Positions 9,382 to 19,479 of a stretch of DNA of 39,225 bases are shown here, in pieces. The stretch is taken from positions 1 through 39,225 of the IMG/VR virus record IMGVR_UViG_2703718821_000012; one strand, written 5' to 3'. The notes under the pieces were generated by a model. That model did not search any database. It was given only the letters and a program-made list of their open reading frames with translations, and was not told where the DNA came from. Position numbers and translations under genes: made by a program. Each line of letters starts with the position of its first letter. Position 1 is the first letter of the stretch. The DNA is from a virus (lineage: Duplodnaviria > Heunggongvirae > Uroviricota > Caudoviricetes).

Positions 9382-10189
9382 GTTAGCTGATTACAGGCCT
9401 CAACTGGAGGTCGTGGAGCATCGCGTGGCAGATACCGAAGATGGTTTCATGCGCGTTGCTAACGAGATTACCGACAGTCTGCTGATGGCTGATTTAACCG
9501 TCCGGCAGCTGAAGGTGATGCTCGCTATCATGCGCAAGACATACGGATTCAATAAGCCGATGGATCGACTCACAAACACGCAGATAGCAGCCATGACAGG
9601 TATTCATCACACTCATGTTTGCGCTGCCAAGCGCCAGCTTATCGAGCGTAAATTCCTCATTGCTGATGGCGTGAAAATCGGAGTGAACAAGGTGGTTTCT
9701 CAGTGGATTAGCCAGGACAGCTTAACATTAGCTAAAACAGCTAATAAAACATTAGCCAAGTCAGCTAATTGGTATAAGCCAAGTCAGCTAAACACAAAAG
9801 ACAATATACAAAAGACAATAAATACAAATACCCCCTTACCCCCTAACGGGGGCGGCGATTGGCAGGTTAAACCTGAACGTCGCAAGGCAGAACGCATCGA
9901 CTACGAATCCTTCCTGAACGCCTACAACACCGAAGTCGGTGACAGACTGCCGCACGCTGTTGCGGTCAACGAGAAACGCAAACGTCGCCTGAAGAAAATC
10001 ATTCCGCAACTGAAAACGCCAAACGTGGACGGTTTCAGAGCGTATGTCAGGGCGTTTGTGCATCAGGCCAAGCCGTTTTACTTCGGAGACAACGACACGG
10101 GCTGGACGGCCGATTTTGATTACCTGCTGAGGGAAGACTCGTTAACGGGAGTACGGGAAGGGAAGTTTGCAGACAGGGGGATTGCATGA
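9368..10189 (+). CDS. Replication initiator, lambda O / P22 gp18 family
   Basis: N-terminus [55 protein letters not shown] aligns with lambda O N-terminal domain; iteron array inside the gene. Confidence 0.8.
   Translation: MGVVKLADYRPQLEVVEHRVADTEDGFMRVANEITDSLLMADLTVRQLKVMLAIMRKTYGFNKPMDRLTNTQIAAMTGIHHTHVCAAKRQLIERKFLIADGVKIGVNKVVSQWISQDSLTLAKTANKTLAKSANWYKPSQLNTKDNIQKTINTNTPLPPNGGGDWQVKPERRKAERIDYESFLNAYNTEVGDRLPHAVAVNEKRKRRLKKIIPQLKTPNVDGFRAYVRAFVHQAKPFYFGDNDTGWTADFDYLLREDSLTGVREGKFADRGIA
9725..9830. repeat. Probable replication origin: iteron repeats plus AT-rich tract inside the O-like gene
   Basis: Direct repeats GCCAAGTCAGCTAA at 9755..9768 and 9778..9791 plus related TTAGCTAA/CAGCTAA copies, followed by AT-rich AAAAGACAATATACAAAAGACAATAAATACAAATA. 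Confidence 0.5.
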
Positions 10190-11562
10190 AACAGGATATC
10201 GAAGCGAGCGTTATCGGTGGCCTGCTGATTGGTGGATTAACTCCAACCGCCAGCGACGTTCTGGCAACACTGGAGCCGGAAGCGTTTTCAATTCCGCTCT
10301 ACCGGAAAGCCTTCGAGGTTATCCGCAAGCAGGCGCGAAACAGAAACCTAATCGACGCGCTGATGGTTGCTGAGGAATGCGGAGAGGAGCATTTCACGTC
10401 AATCCTGATGACCAGCAAAAACTGCCCGAGTGCCGCAAACCTGAAGGGATATGCCGGAATGGTCGCGGATAACTATCACCGCCGTCTGGTGCTGGAAATC
10501 ATGGACGAAATGCGTGAACCAATTCAGAGCGGAACCATCGACGCATCGAGTCAGGCGATGGATGAGCTTGTAAAGCGTCTCTCAGTCATCAGAAAGCCCC
10601 GTGACGAGGTTAAACCTGTACGGTTAGGGGAAATCATCACTGACTACACTGACACGCTTGACAGGCGTCTGAGGAACGGAGAAGAGTCCGATACCCTGAA
10701 GACCGGAATCGAAGAACTTGACGCTATCACCGGAGGGATGAACGCGGAAGACCTGATGATTATCGCCGCTCGTCCTGGTATGGGGAAAACCGAACTGGCG
10801 CTGAAGATTGCCGAAGGTGTTGCAAGCCGCGTTATTCCTGGTTCTGACGTCCGGCGCGGGGTATTGATTTTCTCAATGGAAATGAGCGCATTGCAGATTG
10901 CAGAGCGAAGCATTGCCAACGCCGGGAGGATGTCGGTTAGCGTACTGCGAAATCCTGCATCGATGGATGACGAAGGCTGGGCACGTGTTGCTAACGGCAT
11001 GAGTCAGCTTGCAGATTTGGATGTATGGGTAGTCGATGCCTCGCGGTTATCGGTCGAAGAAATACGCTCAATCGCAGAACGGCACAAACAGGAAAATCCA
11101 AACCTCTCACTCATCATGGCGGATTATCTTGGCCTGATTGAGAAGCCGAAAGCAGACCGCAACGACCTCGCAATTGCTCACATCTCCGGAAGCCTGAAGG
11201 CGATGGCGAAAGACCTGAAAACGCCTGTTATCTCCCTGAGTCAGCTTTCGCGCGATGTTGAGAAGCGACCAAACAAACGCCCGACAAACGCAGATTTGCG
11301 TGATTCAGGAAGCATTGAACAGGACGCAGACTCAATCATCATGCTCTATCGGGAAGCGGTATATGACGAGAACAGTAGCGCCGCGCCATTTGCTGAAATC
11401 ATTGTGACAAAAAACCGTTTTGGCTCACTTGGTACGGTTTACCAGCGGTTCTGCAACGGACACTTTGTTGCATGTGACCAGGATGAAGCCAGACAGATTT
11501 GCACAGCATCAAATGCACCTGCTGCACGTGGCAGACGATATGCACAAGGGGCTGACGTATGA
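10186..11562 (+). CDS. DnaB-type replicative helicase (P22 gp12-like)
   Basis: 458 aa; Walker [18 protein letters not shown]; DnaB-like N-terminal domain; ATG overlaps upstream stop (ATGA). Confidence 0.9.
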   Translation: MKQDIEASVIGGLLIGGLTPTASDVLATLEPEAFSIPLYRKAFEVIRKQARNRNLIDALMVAEECGEEHFTSILMTSKNCPSAANLKGYAGMVADNYHRRLVLEIMDEMREPIQSGTIDASSQAMDELVKRLSVIRKPRDEVKPVRLGEIITDYTDTLDRRLRNGEESDTLKTGIEELDAITGGMNAEDLMIIAARPGMGKTELALKIAEGVASRVIPGSDVRRGVLIFSMEMSALQIAERSIANAGRMSVSVLRNPASMDDEGWARVANGMSQLADLDVWVVDASRLSVEEIRSIAERHKQENPNLSLIMADYLGLIEKPKADRNDLAIAHISGSLKAMAKDLKTPVISLSQLSRDVEKRPNKRPTNADLRDSGSIEQDADSIIMLYREAVYDENSSAAPFAEIIVTKNRFGSLGTVYQRFCNGHFVACDQDEARQICTASNAPAARGRRYAQGADV

Positions 11563-11587
11563 CCATCTACATCACTGAGCTAATAAC

Positions 11588-11620
11588 AGGCCTGCTGGTA
11601 ATCGCAGGCCTTTTTATTTG
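11588..11620 (+). terminator. Rho-independent terminator (tR2-like) after replication genes
   Basis: Hairpin AGGCCTGC-TGGTAATC-GCAGGCCT followed by TTTTTATTTG. Confidence 0.55.
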
Positions 11621-11635
11621 GGGGAGAGGGAAGTC

Positions 11636-11818
11636 ATGAATCTGGACGAGCAAGATGCACAAACTATTAGCTCATACATAAGGGCATCAAGACCAGATTA
11701 CAAAGGTCCGGTATTCGTAGATTTATCTCGCCTTGAAGAGATTTACATGTGGAAAGCAAGGTTACTTACGCATTTTGTTATTCGAACGATGACTAGCAAC
11801 ATTACAAAACCAATGTAA
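11636..11818 (+). CDS. Hypothetical nin-region protein (60 aa)
   Basis: ATG at 11636 with purine-rich upstream region; MNLDEQDAQTISSYIRASRPDYKGPVFVDLSRLEEIYMWKAR... Confidence 0.4.
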   Translation: MNLDEQDAQTISSYIRASRPDYKGPVFVDLSRLEEIYMWKARLLTHFVIRTMTSNITKPM

Positions 11819-11827
11819 CTGGAAGAG

Positions 11828-12049
11828 GTGAATATGAGCACACTCGCAGACCTTATTCATGCCGATATGGCTGAAGATGGAGCAAGGCGTAATAGGTACT
11901 GGAAATCATCGAGACTTCCAGTTTGTGAAAGATTCAACCACAGGCCAAAACCAAAACGTAGCCGACGAGACAAAGTGTTGAAAAAACTCATGCAAATTAA
12001 CATGGCTGGTTTTGTCAGATTCGTGAGTGAAACGACTAACGGGGATTGA
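11828..12049 (+). CDS. Hypothetical nin-region protein (73 aa)
   Basis: ORF with basic stretch KPKRSRRDKVLKK; stop adjacent to next start. Confidence 0.45.
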   Translation: MNMSTLADLIHADMAEDGARRNRYWKSSRLPVCERFNHRPKPKRSRRDKVLKKLMQINMAGFVRFVSETTNGD

Positions 12050-12050
12050 T

Positions 12051-12371
12051 ATGGACGAATCAAGAAAGCAGTTTGAAGAAAGTTGGTTGCGACGTGGAGG
12101 CGAATCTTCAGACCTTATCCGTTACCCTGAAAATCACCATGAAATTGGCAGCGGTAATATTGGTAGTCAATACGTGATGGTCGATGTTCAAGGCCACTGG
12201 CAAACGTGGCAGGCATCGCGATCAGCTATTGAAATAACCGCGCCAAAGTTTATCGACAGCAGAGAAGCATTAGCCAAAGGGTTTACTGTTGATTATTCCA
12301 ATGGCTTCGGTGATGCAATGGATGCTTATGAGGAAAACATCCGCGCTGCTGGAGTCAAAGTGAAGGAGTAA
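12051..12371 (+). CDS. Hypothetical nin-region protein (106 aa)
   Basis: ATG at 12051 directly after upstream stop; MDESRKQFEESWLRRGGESSDLIRYPENHHEIG... Confidence 0.45.
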   Translation: MDESRKQFEESWLRRGGESSDLIRYPENHHEIGSGNIGSQYVMVDVQGHWQTWQASRSAIEITAPKFIDSREALAKGFTVDYSNGFGDAMDAYEENIRAAGVKVKE

Positions 12372-12373
12372 CG

Positions 12374-12784
12374 ATGAAGCAAACAATCTTCCTCCGAACT
12401 AAGCAACAACAGCAAGCTGCAATAAATGCCATCCTCGCAACACCACTCGATAAAGACAAGCCAGTCACCATCCGCATTACTGACTACAAGCGCAACCTTG
12501 ACCAGAACGCAAAATTTCACGCGATGCTGGCGGATATCGCACGTCAGGTTCAATGGTGCGATAAATGGTTAAAACCAGAACAATGGAAGGTTTTGTTGAT
12601 CAGCGGTCATGCAGTGGCAACAAAGCAGGAAGCTGATGTTTTGCCCGGGATTGAAGGCGAATACGTCAACATTCGCGAAAGTAGCGCGCAGATGAGTGTG
12701 AAGCGTATGGCAAGTCTGATTGAGTACACGACAGCATGGGCTATTGGTCAGGGTGTCAGATTTACCGACAGGAGGTACGAATGA
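12374..12784 (+). CDS. ninB: NinB (Orf-family recombination mediator)
   Basis: 136 aa; similarity to lambda NinB ([27 protein letters not shown] versus lambda RNRSLDQNRKLWACLGDVSRQVEW). Confidence 0.85.
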   Translation: MKQTIFLRTKQQQQAAINAILATPLDKDKPVTIRITDYKRNLDQNAKFHAMLADIARQVQWCDKWLKPEQWKVLLISGHAVATKQEADVLPGIEGEYVNIRESSAQMSVKRMASLIEYTTAWAIGQGVRFTDRRYE

Positions 12785-12957
12785 GACGACAGCGACGAAT
12801 TTTCACCGACATCATCTGCGAAAACTGCAAATACCTTCCAACGAAACGCTCCAGAAATAAACGCAAGCCAATCCCAAAAGAATCTGACGTAAAAACCTTC
12901 AACTACACGGCTCACCTGTGGGATATCCGGTGGCTAAGACATCGTGCGAGGAAATGA
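12781..12957 (+). CDS. ninE: NinE-like small protein
   Basis: 58 aa [58 protein letters not shown]; ATGA overlap with ninB stop; assignment from recall. Confidence 0.6.
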   Translation: MRRQRRIFTDIICENCKYLPTKRSRNKRKPIPKESDVKTFNYTAHLWDIRWLRHRARK

Positions 12958-13331
12958 CAATGGATTATTCACAGTTAAGTGATTTTGAAATTAACAAGCG
13001 AGTAGCAGAGGTTATTTATAAAGACAGGAATGGTCTATTTGTTGCCAGAAATCTCCCTAGCAAGGAAGGAGTAACGATTGTTGCAGAAGTTAATTCTGAA
13101 TATATCTGCATAGCGGCAGCTGACTACTGCAACAACCCGGCAGACGCATGGCCGATTATCACTGAAAACAACATCAGCATAATTTTAGACAATCCCTCAA
13201 TGCCGTGCGCCACAGACAACGCAAGGGACTTGTTTGATGATGCCGGACCGAATGTTGGTGTCGCATATGACAATCCACTCCGCGCCGCCATGATTGTCTT
13301 TCTCATGCTGCAGGACGCCAATAATGCTTAG
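12954..13331 (+). CDS. ninX: NinX-like protein
   Basis: About 125 aa from [23 protein letters not shown]...; ATG overlaps upstream stop; position matches P22 ninX. Confidence 0.5.
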   Translation: MTMDYSQLSDFEINKRVAEVIYKDRNGLFVARNLPSKEGVTIVAEVNSEYICIAAADYCNNPADAWPIITENNISIILDNPSMPCATDNARDLFDDAGPNVGVAYDNPLRAAMIVFLMLQDANNA

Positions 13332-13503
13332 CCCATCCCAATCCATTCAATACCAGAAAGAAAGCGTCGAGCGAGCTTTAACGTGCGCTAACTGCGGTCA
13401 GAAGCTGCATGTGCTGGAAGTTCACGTGTGCTCCGATTGCTGCGCAGAACTGATGAGCGATCCGAATAGCTCAATGTACGAGGAAGAAGACGATGGTGAT
13501 TAG
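13324..13503 (+). CDS. ninF: NinF-like zinc-ribbon small protein
   Basis: 59 aa [59 protein letters not shown] with CxxC...CxxCC motif. Confidence 0.6.
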   Translation: MLSPSQSIQYQKESVERALTCANCGQKLHVLEVHVCSDCCAELMSDPNSSMYEEEDDGD

Positions 13504-13885
13504 CCGATACGGACAAATAACGTTTAAACATTTTCAAGACAATCCAACATGGGCTGCTGCGGCTGGATATGACTTTAATTATTTTGATTGTCTGTCAGTC
13601 GCATGTATTGCAACTACCAATGTTGCTAACAACATAATCGATGAATTCTTGGATTTTCCAGACTATCAGGTCAGAGAGTTGCCTGCATTTTTTGTGAAAG
13701 TATCTGTTGCTACAGCTCTGTTATTTATTTTGTTATTCGCATATCCATTGCTTGCCGTATTTGTTTATGTGAGATGCAAGCACTCACAAAAGGAATACAG
13801 CGGAGAGCATACCGATATTACCAGCCAAAATATGCGAGTGTGGTTGAGGAGATGCCAAGAGAAATGGGGGAGACGTCATGGCTAA
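13493..13885 (+). CDS. Hypothetical membrane protein (130 aa) inserted between ninF and ninG
   Basis: ATG overlaps ninF 3' end; C-terminal TM segment [24 protein letters not shown]; no lambda counterpart at this position. Confidence 0.5.
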   Translation: MVISRYGQITFKHFQDNPTWAAAAGYDFNYFDCLSVACIATTNVANNIIDEFLDFPDYQVRELPAFFVKVSVATALLFILLFAYPLLAVFVYVRCKHSQKEYSGEHTDITSQNMRVWLRRCQEKWGRRHG

Positions 13886-14483
13886 ACCAGCGCGAAGGAA
13901 ATGCAAAATATGCAAGGAATGGTTTCACCCGGCATTCTCAAATCAGTGGTGGTGCTGCCCGGAACACGGAACTCAATTAGCACTCGAACGACGAAGCAAA
14001 GAACGCGAAAAAGCGGAAAAAACAGCAGAGAAGAAACGACGACGAGAGGAGCGGAAACAGAAAGATAAACTTAAGATTCGAAAACTCGCCTTAAAGCCCC
14101 GCAGTTACTGGATTAAACAAGCCCAACAAGCCGTAAACGCCTTCATCAGAGAAAGAGACCGCGACTTACCATGTATCTCGTGCGGAACGCTCACGTCTGC
14201 TCAGTGGGATGCCGGACATTACCGGACAACTGCTGCGGCACCTCAACTCCGATTTGATGAACGCAATATTCACAAGCAATGCGTGGTGTGCAACCAGCAC
14301 AAAAGCGGAAATCTCGTTCCGTATCGCGTCGAACTGATTAGCCGCATCGGGCAGGAAGCAGTAGACGAAATCGAATCAAACCATAACCGCCATCGCTGGA
14401 CTATCGAAGAGTGCAAGGCGATCAAGGCAGAGTACCAACAGAAACTCAAAGACCTGCGAAATAGCAGAAGTGAGGCCGCATGA
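13878..14483 (+). CDS. ninG: NinG (Rap-family recombination endonuclease)
   Basis: 201 aa; Cys-rich N-terminus [11 protein letters not shown]...WWCCPEHG and conserved core matching lambda NinG/Rap. Confidence 0.85.
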   Translation: MAKPARRKCKICKEWFHPAFSNQWWCCPEHGTQLALERRSKEREKAEKTAEKKRRREERKQKDKLKIRKLALKPRSYWIKQAQQAVNAFIRERDRDLPCISCGTLTSAQWDAGHYRTTAAAPQLRFDERNIHKQCVVCNQHKSGNLVPYRVELISRIGQEAVDEIESNHNRHRWTIEECKAIKAEYQQKLKDLRNSRSEAA

Positions 14484-14686
14484 CGTTCTCAGTAAAAACC
14501 ATTCCCGACATGCTCGTTGAAGCATACGGAAACCAGACAGAAGTAGCACGCAGACTGAAATGTAGTCGCGGCACGGTAAGAAAATACGCTGATGATAAAG
14601 ACGGGAAAATGCACGCCATCGTCAACGACGTTCTCATGGTTCATCGCGGATGGAGTGAAAGAGATGCGCTATTACGAAAGAATTGA
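14480..14686 (+). CDS. ninH: NinH
   Basis: 68 aa [68 protein letters not shown], near-identical to lambda NinH. Confidence 0.88.
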   Translation: MTFSVKTIPDMLVEAYGNQTEVARRLKCSRGTVRKYADDKDGKMHAIVNDVLMVHRGWSERDALLRKN

Positions 14687-15335
14687 TGGCAGCAAATACC
14701 GAAATGTTTGGGTAGTTGGCGATCTGCACGGATGCTACACGAACCTGATGAAAAAACTGGAGACGATAGGATTCGACACCAAAAAAGACCTGCTTATCTC
14801 GGTTGGCGATTTGGTCGATCGCGGTACAGAGAACGTTGAATGCCTGGAATTAATCACATTCCACTGGTTCAGAGCTGTACGTGGAAACCATGAGCAAATG
14901 ATGATTGATGGCTTATCAGAGCGCGGAAACGTCAATCACTGGCTGCTTAATGGCGGTGGCTGGTTCTTTAATCTCGATTACGACAAAGAAATTCTGGCTA
15001 AAGCTCTTGCCCATAAAGCAGATGAACTTCCGTTAATCATCGAACTGGTGAGTAAAGATAAAAAATATGTCATCTGCCACGCCGATTATCCTTGTGACGA
15101 ATACGAGTTTGGAAAGCCAGTTGATCATCAGCAGGTAATCTGGAACCGCGAACGAATCAGCAACTCACAAGACGGGATCGTGAAAGAAATCAAAGGCGCG
15201 GACACGTTCATCTTTGGTCATACGCCAGCAGTGAAACCACTCAAGTTTTCCAACCAGATGTATATCGATACCGGCGCAGTGTTCTGCGGAAACCTCACAT
15301 TGATTCAGGTACAGGGAGAAGGCGCGTGGGCATAA
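14664..15335 (+). CDS. ninI: Ser/Thr protein phosphatase NinI (lambda PPase-like)
   Basis: 223 aa [38 protein letters not shown]...GDLVDRG...RGNHE: metallophosphatase motifs GDLHG, GDLVDRG, GNHE. Confidence 0.9.
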   Translation: MRYYERIDGSKYRNVWVVGDLHGCYTNLMKKLETIGFDTKKDLLISVGDLVDRGTENVECLELITFHWFRAVRGNHEQMMIDGLSERGNVNHWLLNGGGWFFNLDYDKEILAKALAHKADELPLIIELVSKDKKYVICHADYPCDEYEFGKPVDHQQVIWNRERISNSQDGIVKEIKGADTFIFGHTPAVKPLKFSNQMYIDTGAVFCGNLTLIQVQGEGAWA

Positions 15336-15844
15336 GAGAACTAAACCTCACCAAAGAGCAGCACGATTGGCTGAATGGCTGGCTTGAACTGTGGGGTGCA
15401 TGGGTTTACTCAGGTCGCCTGGAAAAGCGCATGAGCAGCGTAATAGCGAAGTTCATGGAGAGCGTAGAGCCGGGAAGAGTTATGACAAGGCCAATGTGTA
15501 ATGATGATGATGGAATGTTGATTTCTCAGGTCGTCGATTCCGTCATGTGCATTGACAAGAAAGCCTTTGGCATCCTCCTCAGCTACTACGCTCATGGTTC
15601 ATCTAAGCGAGCAATTGCATCCTACTATCACGCGACTGCAAAGCCACGCAAGATGTGTGGACGTGGTGGCGAGGGATGGAGAAAACCTTCACTGGCAACC
15701 TGTAGAAACGAAATTGACGACATCCTGAAAGCGTCGTTATTTGTTTTGTACCAGCCAATGCAAAATGCTTTCAAAATGCGTAAACGTGTTGAGAAAGTTA
15801 AGCATGTTGCTGTTAAAAGCCTTGACATGCAATTATCCATTTAG
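15326..15844 (+). CDS. Q: Late-gene antiterminator Q (non-lambda Q type)
   Basis: 172 aa; GTG start overlapping ninI end; directly upstream of pR'/tR'-like leader and lysis cassette; Cys pairs suggest zinc binding; assignment mainly by synteny. Confidence 0.6.
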   Translation: MGIRELNLTKEQHDWLNGWLELWGAWVYSGRLEKRMSSVIAKFMESVEPGRVMTRPMCNDDDGMLISQVVDSVMCIDKKAFGILLSYYAHGSSKRAIASYYHATAKPRKMCGRGGEGWRKPSLATCRNEIDDILKASLFVLYQPMQNAFKMRKRVEKVKHVAVKSLDMQLSI

Positions 15845-15851
15845 CCATAAT
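15822..15851 (+). promoter_or_regulatory. Late promoter pR' candidate (with qut region)
   Basis: -35 TTGACA (15822..15827), 18-bp spacer, -10 CATAAT (15846..15851), overlapping the Q stop. Confidence 0.4.
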
Positions 15852-15861
15852 TAGAAGGTAA

Positions 15862-15903
15862 GCTGCCGTTAGTGACTCTTAAGTTGCAACGGTGGCTTTT
15901 TTG
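15862..15903 (+). terminator. tR'-like terminator (end of short late leader RNA)
   Basis: Hairpin GCTGCCGTT...AACGGTGGC followed by TTTTTTGTTTGCACAACAGGTAAGAGCATTGA, matching the region after lambda tR' as remembered. Confidence 0.6.
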
Positions 15904-16440
15904 TTTGCACAACAGGTAAGAGCATTGAACCCGCAGACCTCGCGGAATTGGTGAAAGGTGCCGCGCAGTACTCTTATCGTTGTGGTGAATACGCAGGCTG
16001 ATGCGTTAATCAGGTGAACGAGACACCCGCCGGTCCGTGATATGGCACACCGTGCCGGTCATATCTGCCGCGGTTAGGTTTACGAGGATTTCGTAAAGCT
16101 GGTCTAGGGTGAAGCCGTGAAAGCGGAGGAAGTAAAACGAGGCGTCGGTACACGCCTATCGTCATTAAGTCGGAGTTCAGCACCGACCGCCACAACCCAA
16201 CCAGAGCCGTAGCCACTGGCTGTCCTGAATTCATCAGTGATAGTTATGCTGCGTCCTTCTACACATGACCTTCGTGAAAGCGGGTGGCAAGAGGCTGCGC
16301 TAACAACCTCCTGCCGTTTTGCCCGTGCATATCGGTCACGAACAAATCTGATTACTAAACACAGTAGCCTGGATTTGTTCTATCAGTAATCGACCTTATT
16401 CCTAATTAAATAGAGCAAATCCCCTTATTGGGGGTAAGAC

Positions 16441-16764
16441 ATGAAGATGCCAGAAAAACATGACCTGTTAGCCGCCATTCTCGCGGCAAAGGAACAAGGC
16501 ATCGGGGCAATCCTTGCGTTTGCAATGGCGTACCTTCGCGGCAGGTATAATGGCGGTGCGTTTACAAAAACAGTAATCGACGCAACGATGTGCGCCATTA
16601 TCGCCTGGTTCATTCGCGACCTTCTCGACTTCGCCGGACTAAGTAGCAATCTCGCTTATATAACGAGCGTGTTTATCGGCTACATCGGTACTGACTCGAT
16701 TGGTTCGCTTATCAAACGCTTCGCTGCTAAAAAAGCCGGAGTAGAAGATGGTGGAAATCAATAA
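16441..16764 (+). CDS. S: Holin S (lambda S107/S105 dual-start type)
   Basis: 107 aa [62 protein letters not shown]..., near-identical to lambda S including MKM dual start. Confidence 0.95.
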   Translation: MKMPEKHDLLAAILAAKEQGIGAILAFAMAYLRGRYNGGAFTKTVIDATMCAIIAWFIRDLLDFAGLSSNLAYITSVFIGYIGTDSIGSLIKRFAAKKAGVEDGGNQ

Positions 16765-17224
16765 TCAACGTAAGGCGTTCCTCGATATGCTGGCGTGGTC
16801 AGAGGGAACTGATAACGGACGTCAGAAAACCAGAAATCATGGTTATGACGTCATTGTAGGCGGAGAGCTATTCACTGATTACTCCGATCACCCTCGCAAG
16901 CTTGTCACGCTAAACCCCAAACTCAAATCAACAGCAGCCGGACGTTATCAGCTTCTTTCACGCTGGTGGGATGCTTACCGTAAGCAGCTTGGCCTGAAAG
17001 ACTTCTCCCCCAAAAGCCAGGACGCAGTGGCATTGCAGCAGATTAAAGAACGTGGCGCTTTACCGATGATTGATCGCGGTGATATCCGTCAGGCAATCGA
17101 CCGTTGCAGCAATATCTGGGCTTCACTGCCTGGCGCTGGTTATGGTCAGTTCGAGCATAAGGCTGACAGCCTGATTGCAAAATTCAAAGAGGCTGGCGGA
17201 ACGGTCAGAGAGATTGAGGTATGA
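16748..17224 (+). CDS. R: Endolysin R (lytic transglycosylase)
   Basis: 158 aa [104 protein letters not shown]..., near-identical to lambda R. Confidence 0.95.
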   Translation: MVEINNQRKAFLDMLAWSEGTDNGRQKTRNHGYDVIVGGELFTDYSDHPRKLVTLNPKLKSTAAGRYQLLSRWWDAYRKQLGLKDFSPKSQDAVALQQIKERGALPMIDRGDIRQAIDRCSNIWASLPGAGYGQFEHKADSLIAKFKEAGGTVREIEV

Positions 17225-17658
17225 GCAGATTAACCGCGATTATCTCCGCTCTGGTTATCTGCATCATCGTTTGCCTGTCATGGGCTGTTAATCATTACCG
17301 TGATAACGCCATGACCTACAAAGAGCAGCGCGATAAAGCCACATCCATCATCGCTGATATGCAGAAGCGTCAACGTGATGTAGCAGAACTCGACGCCAGA
17401 TACACAAAGGAGCTTGCTGATGCTAACGCGACTATCGAAAGCCTCCGTGCTGATGTTTCTGCTGGGCGTAAGCGCCTGCAAGTCGCCGCCACCTGTGCAA
17501 AGTCAACGACCGGAGCCAGCAGCATGGGCGATGGAGAAAGCCCAAGACTTACAGCAGATGCTGAACTCAATTATTACCGTCTCAGAAGTGGAATCGACAA
17601 GATAACCGCGCAGGTTAACTACCTGCAGGAGTACATCAGGACTCAGTGCCTGAAATAA
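17221..17658 (+). CDS. Rz: Spanin inner-membrane subunit Rz
   Basis: 145 aa; N-terminus [30 protein letters not shown] matches lambda Rz; coiled-coil periplasmic domain. Confidence 0.9.
   Translation: MSRLTAIISALVICIIVCLSWAVNHYRDNAMTYKEQRDKATSIIADMQKRQRDVAELDARYTKELADANATIESLRADVSAGRKRLQVAATCAKSTTGASSMGDGESPRLTADAELNYYRLRSGIDKITAQVNYLQEYIRTQCLK
17414..17605 (+). CDS. Rz1: Spanin outer-membrane lipoprotein subunit Rz1 (embedded in Rz, +1 frame)
   Basis: 63 aa; signal peptide plus lipobox-like LGVSAC, then Pro-rich [16 protein letters not shown]; fully embedded in Rz as in lambda. Confidence 0.75.
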   Translation: MLMLTRLSKASVLMFLLGVSACKSPPPVQSQRPEPAAWAMEKAQDLQQMLNSIITVSEVESTR

Positions 17659-17689
17659 TTTTTTTGCAAATCACAAAGTCCATTTAATG

Positions 17690-17714
17690 AGCCTCGCGAT
17701 GCGGGGCTTTTTTA
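17690..17714 (+). terminator. Rho-independent terminator after lysis cassette
   Basis: Hairpin AGCCTCGC-GAT-GCGGGGCT followed by TTTTTT. Confidence 0.6.
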
Positions 17715-17862
17715 CATCTGAATTTCACAGCGCATCTCACGCGCATATTACATCACCCGAGCCTTTCAGAAAGTTGAGCCTGAGAACTGCCGTATATGGT
17801 GGCGACCATCTCGGGGCGGCTTTTCTGTGAGACAGGCTCACTTTCTAAAAGGTAAAGACGCT

Positions 17863-18381
17863 ATGAATCATCAATTGGCTAATCTCGATTTCCGGGACAT
17901 GGTGGTTGTTTCTGGTGATCGCGTGATCACAACCTCCCGCAAGGTAGCAGCTTACTTCGACAAGCAGCATCACCACATCATTCAGAAAATCGAAAAGCTA
18001 GACTGTTCGGATGAATTTCTAACCAGCAACTTTTCGCGGGTTACCTATGAACACAAGGGTAATCAGTATGTTGAATATGAAATTTCCAAAGACGGCGCGA
18101 TGTACATCATCATGTCGTTTACCGGCAAAAAAGCTGCCGCCATCAAAGAGGCGTTTATCAAAGCATTTAATTGGATGCGTGACAGGCTGATGGAGATGGC
18201 TCACTCATACCAAAGAGAGCACAACGAGTTAATGCTGGAGTTCATGAAGGAAAAGGATGTTGCCAGTATGTCAGGACGCTTGCTGAACCGCTGGGGCAGG
18301 ATCAAAAAACCGCAACTCATAGCAAGAATCGAAAGGCTTGAGCAGCAGGCGCAAATATCGATCCCCGGACTGCCAAAGTGA
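17863..18381 (+). CDS. rha: Rha-family phage regulatory protein
   Basis: About 172 aa from MNHQLANLDFRDMVVVSGDRVITTSRKVAAYFDKQHHHIIQKIEKL, the typical Rha N-terminal domain; same position as P22 rha. Confidence 0.7.
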   Translation: MNHQLANLDFRDMVVVSGDRVITTSRKVAAYFDKQHHHIIQKIEKLDCSDEFLTSNFSRVTYEHKGNQYVEYEISKDGAMYIIMSFTGKKAAAIKEAFIKAFNWMRDRLMEMAHSYQREHNELMLEFMKEKDVASMSGRLLNRWGRIKKPQLIARIERLEQQAQISIPGLPK

Positions 18382-18733
18382 CCATTCCAAAGCCCATCTA
18401 CGGGTGGGCTTGATAATGAAACCGTGATTTACATCCCCACAATCCGGGTATGTAAAAGATAGTTCAGGCGAGAACAGATTTAACTAAATCTGTGCACCAC
18501 CAGTTACGGCAGTACAGCGAAACAACCCAAGCCAGAAAGTGGGGAAATAACACTGGCAGCCACTGAAAGATGAACCTCCAGCCTTATGGCAAAAAAGATT
18601 CTTTGTGGTGGCGGACTGATGGAAAGACATCGGTTATTGCAGAGACCATTCAATGAGTGGTCTCGACAATGGCTTATACCCTGCACGGGATAACTTAACT
18701 GATATCCCTTTTAACGGATAAACGGAGCCAACA

Positions 18734-18976
18734 ATGGCAGAGATTATTCCCATGACTGAAGAACAGAAATTCCAGTTAGAAATTTACAAACTGGTCATGA
18801 ACCAGAACGCAGCCGCAGAGGAAGCATTTCAATTCATTGGCACTGACGAGCTGAAGCTTGAGCTATTCAAAATTCACTTCCAGTCAGGCGGCGCTAATTC
18901 AGATGTCACGACCCGCACTATCGAAGCGGTGCGTAAATCGAAGGAAGCGTTAGACCTGTTCACTACCGGAGTGTAA
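18734..18976 (+). CDS. Hypothetical protein (80 aa) upstream of terminase genes
   Basis: ORF with RBS-like AACGGAG upstream; acidic helical protein. Confidence 0.5.
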   Translation: MAEIIPMTEEQKFQLEIYKLVMNQNAAAEEAFQFIGTDELKLELFKIHFQSGGANSDVTTRTIEAVRKSKEALDLFTTGV

Positions 18977-18979
18977 GAG

Positions 18980-19267
18980 ATGACTGAACAAGAAATGCCG
19001 AGATACCAGTGCCACAAAAAAGTTCGCGCCCTGAAGATTGGCTCTATAGAACATAAGCCAAACCCAGATCAGTCTGGTAAGACTGGCTCTTCTAGTTATG
19101 GGGCAATTATTCATCCGGATGATAAGAAATACGCAGCATTTGATGTTAGCGCGGAATATATCTGTAAGCACCGACCAATGTCTGGAGGCTATTACGTTGT
19201 CTATGAGGATGGATATGAATCATATTCTCCTGCTGAGGTATTTGAGTCTGGATATTCAAAATTATAG
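18980..19267 (+). CDS. Hypothetical protein (95 aa)
   Basis: ATG 3 nt after upstream stop; MTEQEMPRYQCHKKVRALKIGSIEHKPNPDQSGKTGSSSYGAIIHPDDKKYAAFDVSAEY... Confidence 0.5.
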   Translation: MTEQEMPRYQCHKKVRALKIGSIEHKPNPDQSGKTGSSSYGAIIHPDDKKYAAFDVSAEYICKHRPMSGGYYVVYEDGYESYSPAEVFESGYSKL

Positions 19268-19276
19268 GAATCCTCT

Positions 19277-19456
19277 ATGACAAGCGTCGTTGATCTTGGT
19301 AAGGAGAAGAAATTCCCAATTACTCAAGAGCTATACGAGAGGCTGGAAAGCGTCATCCATGATTACGATGGTGAAATCAGTTTATGCGAGGCGATTGGCA
19401 CACTCGAATTGCTGAAGCAGTCACTGATTGAAGGCGCGAAAGAGTCATCAGCCTGA
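19277..19456 (+). CDS. Hypothetical small protein (59 aa)
   Basis: ATG at 19277; MTSVVDLGKEKKFPITQELYERLESVIHDYDGEISLCEAIGTLELLKQSLIEGAKESSA. Confidence 0.4.
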   Translation: MTSVVDLGKEKKFPITQELYERLESVIHDYDGEISLCEAIGTLELLKQSLIEGAKESSA

Positions 19457-19479
19457 AATAACAAATAAGTGAGATGAAT

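Noticed and set aside
9400-11000. Minus-strand ORFs inside the replication genes (9400..9594, 9836..10063, 10644..11000)
   Set aside because: Antisense to the initiator and helicase genes; Ser/Ala/Arg-rich translations typical of out-of-frame artefacts in GC-rich coding sequence.
15904-16440. About 540-bp non-coding gap between the Q antiterminator and the holin, a position where Stx phages carry toxin and tRNA genes
   Set aside because: The sequence matches the lambda late leader as remembered (tR' region through to the S ribosome-binding site); no tRNA-like structure or ORF with an RBS was seen. The minus-strand ORF 16010..16234 in the track is antisense to this leader and has no start context.
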